NCBI RefSeq assembly: GCF_964355755.1
Contig: NC_092676.1
Coordinates: 2,547,788-2,611,787 of the forward strand
Source: Antedon mediterranea
Lineage: Eukaryota > Animalia > Echinodermata
Reading direction: 5' to 3'
Length of the DNA stretch: 64,000 nt
A program made the position numbers and the translations under genes. Under the pieces are notes generated by a model. It was not told the origin of the DNA. It ran no database searches and worked only from the letters and a program-made list of their open reading frames with translations. How positions within the stretch are numbered: position 1 is the first letter of the stretch; every line of letters begins with the position of its first letter. This document shows, piece after piece, positions 59,195 through 64,000 of the stretch.

Positions 59195-59330
59195 ATAGTC
59201 TCCTCACTATCAAAAAAGTGTGATTTGCCCAAATACTGTATGGTTGTCATATGCTTATATATGACATATTAAAGGCAAAGGACACATTTGTTTTTTTTGT
59301 CACATAAAGTTTGATAGTGTAAACAGAGCT
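59195..59330. mobile_element. MITE family A, degenerate copy
   Basis: Right TIR AGTTTGATAGTGTAAACAGAGCT. Confidence 0.75.
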
Positions 59331-60072
59331 TTATATTGATATCATTTTGATTGGGATTGATGTCTTTTCGAATTTAAAGCGCGCATGATCTCGAAAAAAA
59401 TTACCTTTGACTCTCGTTCGTTTTCATCGACAATATGTCTTCTTGTTTTATACATCGCTAAACCTACACTTTTTGTATTGATTATACAATACAATTATGT
59501 TAAATTCTCTATTTGACACCATATTCTAAAATATTAAGCACATTCTGCAATCAAAATTAGATCTAAACGAAGAATGTAACTGATTTTAAGATCACTGACT
59601 CTCAATTTTATTGAGCTCAAATAAAAGAGAATTCTTTGCAAAAAGTATGAATATTGATTAAATCTTGAAGGGAAAAAAATTAAAAAAACGTCTTGAATCC
59701 TAAAAACAAACTACAAGGCTAAAGATAATTTAATATTTATATTTGTTATCAAGAATCTTCACTATCGCTAATTATGTCGGTTGATGTTTTTGCCAGGAAA
59801 TTTACAAAATGTGATGTGATAATCGCGTATTTTTTCCAAATTTTAACTGTTTTAATTGCTTGCTGTTTGACGTGTTTTAAAACTATTCTCGTCAGTTCTA
59901 GAAAGTAGTGGATAATCTAATCTTGTCATTTGTTTTATGCTGGAGAAAAAACCCGACTAAACTATGTTGTAAGTAAAATGAGGAACGGATACTAATGTGA
60001 ATATGACGCCTTTTTTTTTTTGTCGATTAACCGTTGTTTATGTTAATTGGATTTCCAATCGTTTATATAATG

Positions 60073-60492
60073 TTTGGTTCCCACTAGAGACGCAACACAA
60101 CGACGTAAAGCAACGTTTTGTGCAGTATATGGAGAGCTTAGCACGAAGGGCAATCCTCAGGGTGCTGCACCGCTGTCTTGTTTTATATATATGTTTTTGT
60201 GCCTGAAAATTGAATAAAATAAAAATTAAATAAAGTACCGTAAGAGATTTGACCAATCACAAGCGATGAATTTATTCGACTGTCGATTGTCATTTGTCGC
60301 GTCCCTTACGTTGCGTCTACGTCCTAGTGGAACGTAACGCAAGGACGTAAACGCAACGCAAGCGTTTTAACCAATGACAAGCGAAGTTATAGACAGTTAG
60401 CAATCACAAGCGAATAAGCCATCGCTTGTGATTGGTCAATTCACTTGCGTTGCGGTACGTCCTTGTGTTGCGTCGCTAGTGGGAATCACGCT
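60073..60492. mobile_element. Tandem/nested palindromic MITE family D; related copy at about 32670-32800
   Basis: TGGTTCCCACTAG.GACGCAAC / GTTGCGTCGCTAGTGGGAA ends; internal CCAATCACAAGCGA / TCGCTTGTGATTGG arms. Confidence 0.7.
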
Positions 60493-63400
60493 TAAGGGAT
60501 GGCGCTATTTTCTCATATATTACGTAATGATAACAGTAAACATGGTGTAGACCGTGTCCCATTGTTCCGATGTTTGCGGGGTAGATCGTTCATTAATGTC
60601 ATTTGTAATTGTCTGTATTTTTACGCGGGAATATAGCGACGCGCGCATCATGATGACGACATTAACAAAATGATGACCATTAGATAACATATTGAGAACC
60701 ATTGTTATTAGACAGATTTGATTGCGGCTTGTGACAAAAACAATGGCGCAAGCTGCAAAATAGAAAATGAAATTAATAAATATATTAATATCGCATTTCA
60801 ACTTTATAATGTTCTCCAACTAGTAATCCGTCGTCACAGTTGAGCGCATTTGAACAATAGAATCGTTTGACAGATCAATATTAAGAAATTTGAATTTCAC
60901 TTAATTCGTACAATTGAATTCAGGTCAACTAGAGGTTAAACTAATATTCCTTAGTAGTCCTTTAATTAAATTAATAGGGTATTACGTCGTTGGTGGCGTT
61001 TCATAACTATACGAATCTATTTTTTATGTTACTTTTAAACAATTCAAAACCATTGAATGATTCCGATAAATTGTTACGTCTCTAAAAAAAACCGGTTTAT
61101 CACATGGGAAGTAACGTGCTTAAAAAAACTGCAGATGGCAAACTTTTTTTAGACACTGGTGGCGCTGTTTAACCAGTTTCAATTTATACGTGAATTGTCG
61201 CAATTTTTATTTTAGTGACTGATTATCTGATTATTGTATTGTTTACGAAACCATTGAACAAAAGGTGGAAGCGATACCAAAGTTTGAAATCTGTTGCTTT
61301 ATCACATTGTAGTCAATAAATAACTGGCTAATCAAACAGTTTTTTTGGCAAGCGATTGTTTATCGCTAAACAAAAGCAGGCCTGTGTGTGGTACTGGTGG
61401 TGTAGTAGACCACTCTCAGACGACGATTACGTTTGGCAGCAGGCGACAAAACGTTGGTAGTAGGAGCAAAGTGTGGTTAGAGGAGAAAACAGAGACGAGA
61501 AGAAAATAAAACGGGAAAATCCAAGATCAAAATAGCTTGATACTATAATCTCGTTATAGTAGGAATAACAGGTATTTATAAACATTACAATTAGTATTGT
61601 GTTAGTATTTTTTTCTAATGTCTTTAGCAGGTAATTATTCAAAAAGGTCAAAATGTAATAATATTAATTTTAAAGTTTTGTCATCTTAAAATTAGAGACC
61701 AATATCCATGCATTCCCCCAAGGCAGCATTTAAGTGAATTTTAAATTAATAATAATAATAATAATAATAATTAATATTTTATTATTATCAGTCATTTTTT
61801 GTAGATAAATAATACTAATATGAATACCCAAATACTGTAGATTTTGTATATACTTGGTAGGCCTGTGTGTAAATTACAAAAATTGACTGAGCTGAGATTT
61901 TGGGCCCCCAACTATAAAATATCAGTCCGCTGTCATGTTTTATAACTTTTAATGATAGAGTATGTGAAAATGAACTTTACTATTGCTTCCTTAAACAGTC
62001 TACCTGATTGATTCCCCCATAAATCTAACAACATTTGCTTTGATCCATTTAACCCCAATAACAATGACACTAAATGTAACATTAGGTCATATCCACACGT
62101 GAACATTATTAACACAACTTGCAATCTGTTCTCATCACAGTATAATTACTATTGATATTTCACTGGGGGATTTTAAACATAAAATGAACAAAATACTCCA
62201 GAGGTGAAGAGAGAGAAAAAGATAGAACTGAACTACAATTAGTAGTACATCCATGTTTATATAATTTACCATATTACATTATAATGTTATTTATAAATAC
62301 TGTATTAACATTGTATTTTATATTGTAATGACGTAGATAGAACAACTGGAGCATAACACTCCTATGGGAAATGAAATAGGGAATAAATTGGACACATAAT
62401 CACCCAAGGTTGTACAGTAATAGTGCTGGGTGGAGATGGGAAAAGACACCCATGTTTTCCACCCAGCCTAAACCTTATTTTACACCTTCCACTCAGCCCA
62501 TTGTCACCATAGCACTCATCCAAGAAACCTGGGTGACAAAGTTTTTATAAGGGTTTTAATTGATGACAATGACCCTGTATGGCACTCTAGCAAACACTTC
62601 TCATTCTGCCTCTTTGACATCGTAATAATTTTAGTATAGTTAAGTGAAGATATTTAGTAGATCTGGAAGACTTGTGTGTATAAACCTCAAATAAACAAAC
62701 AGTGTATAAACACTTTATTCCTTAGGAAGACCATCATCTTTTCTTTAAATGTTTTCACAGTAAGTAAAAAGGAAAATCCAGACCTGAGTTCAATCCAACC
62801 GGCACTGAGATATTGAGATTGTCTCATCCAGTAGCGAGTTCCATTTATCCACAACACAACTATTTTCCAACATCTGGTCAGGTCTTTATCCTGTTATAAT
62901 ATTAAATGTTATTTTTGTTTCCATAAATTGTAAATTTGAGATGTAATGAATGTTCATAATAATGTTTATTCAGCATCTTGATTGTTTGTAAAATTATTTC
63001 TGGCATTATGTTTGCCATGAAAACAATCTAGATGCCAAGGTCACATTATGGCAAGACACAAATGTAAAGGAAATATTATCTCTTATCATCTAAATTGTGA
63101 ATAATACAATAATGGAGAAAATTATCATTATTATTAAGTTGGTAATTTGTTCATTGACATTATAGGTAATTACACTATATACTAGAACCCATCTATATAT
63201 AAAATATGGTTAATTCTGTAAAAGGCGAGCACAATGAAAAAAACTTGTGGACAAATCTCTGCCTTGGATACCTACCTGATCTATCTCAGATGTACCGCGA
63301 AATGTAAATTGATAACATACCCTCCAGTATTAATAAGGGGAAACGTTTAGGAAACCAACACAATGTTGTTCTGTACTAGTGTTTAAAACATATATTTTCC

Positions 63401-64000
63401 GCTTGTTCAATTTGAGGAGAAAGTGTACACTAGAATCTCTATAAGGGACAGGGAATGAATAACACATATTTGCCGCTTGTTTTGGAGAAAATGCCCATTT
63501 GATAGAGTGTATCCTCTAAGGGATATCCACAAAAGGATGTTCTACTCTTGTTTTAAAACAATAAATATTTCTTCCAAAAACGCTGCTCAACTTTTGGACC
63601 CAACAGTTTCATTTATTGTTCTTTTTTAATCAAATGATGCCTTTTTTAAATTTATATTTTCCAGTATTTAATAATTTAAAAAATAATGATTTGTTATCAA
63701 TTATTTTAGTTTAAGAATCAGTAGTACCGTAAACATTATGTATTTATAGTATGAAATGAACAAGTGCTAACAATCCTACCCCGAGTGTAACCTGAATAGG
63801 AGTGTCCACAAACAAATGTTTTACTCTCATTGTTTAAGTACAATTTAAAATTATATATTAAATACCACAACTTGAAAAATAATAAAAGTATATTAAACAA
63901 TTTTATTTTGAATTGAATTTTACAGTAAGATATTCCTTTGGTGCAAGTAAATTGGTATGATAGATTAATAATCAAATATTGGATACAGTAGGAAGTTATT

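Overview
AT-rich eukaryotic (animal, probably marine invertebrate; taxon is inference) genomic DNA, not prokaryotic. Most of the window (about 2.5-53.5 kb, + strand) is the 3' part of one spliced gene encoding a liprin-beta (PPFIBP1/2-like) scaffold: end of the coiled coil, the linker with the SAPNL and RATAGxRLGW motifs, three SAM domains and a C-terminal PDZ-binding-type tail (GTNV*). I assembled 16 phase-compatible GT-AG exons (2169 nt, 722 aa; the 5' end lies upstream of the window). The most interesting signal is a set of small, frame-preserving, stop-free cassette exons/microexons hidden in the introns (18, 9, 99, 21, 48, 108 and 6 nt), none called by the ORF track, several with RBFOX-, Nova- or SRRM4-type motifs nearby. 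Together they suggest a combinatorial splicing code for this liprin. Introns and intergenic DNA hold about 15 copies of one Harbinger-like MITE, two Kolobok-like families, a Tc2/mariner-like element with perfect TIRs, tRNA-derived Meta-domain SINEs and many minisatellites. All splicing calls are sequence-based predictions and need RNA evidence.
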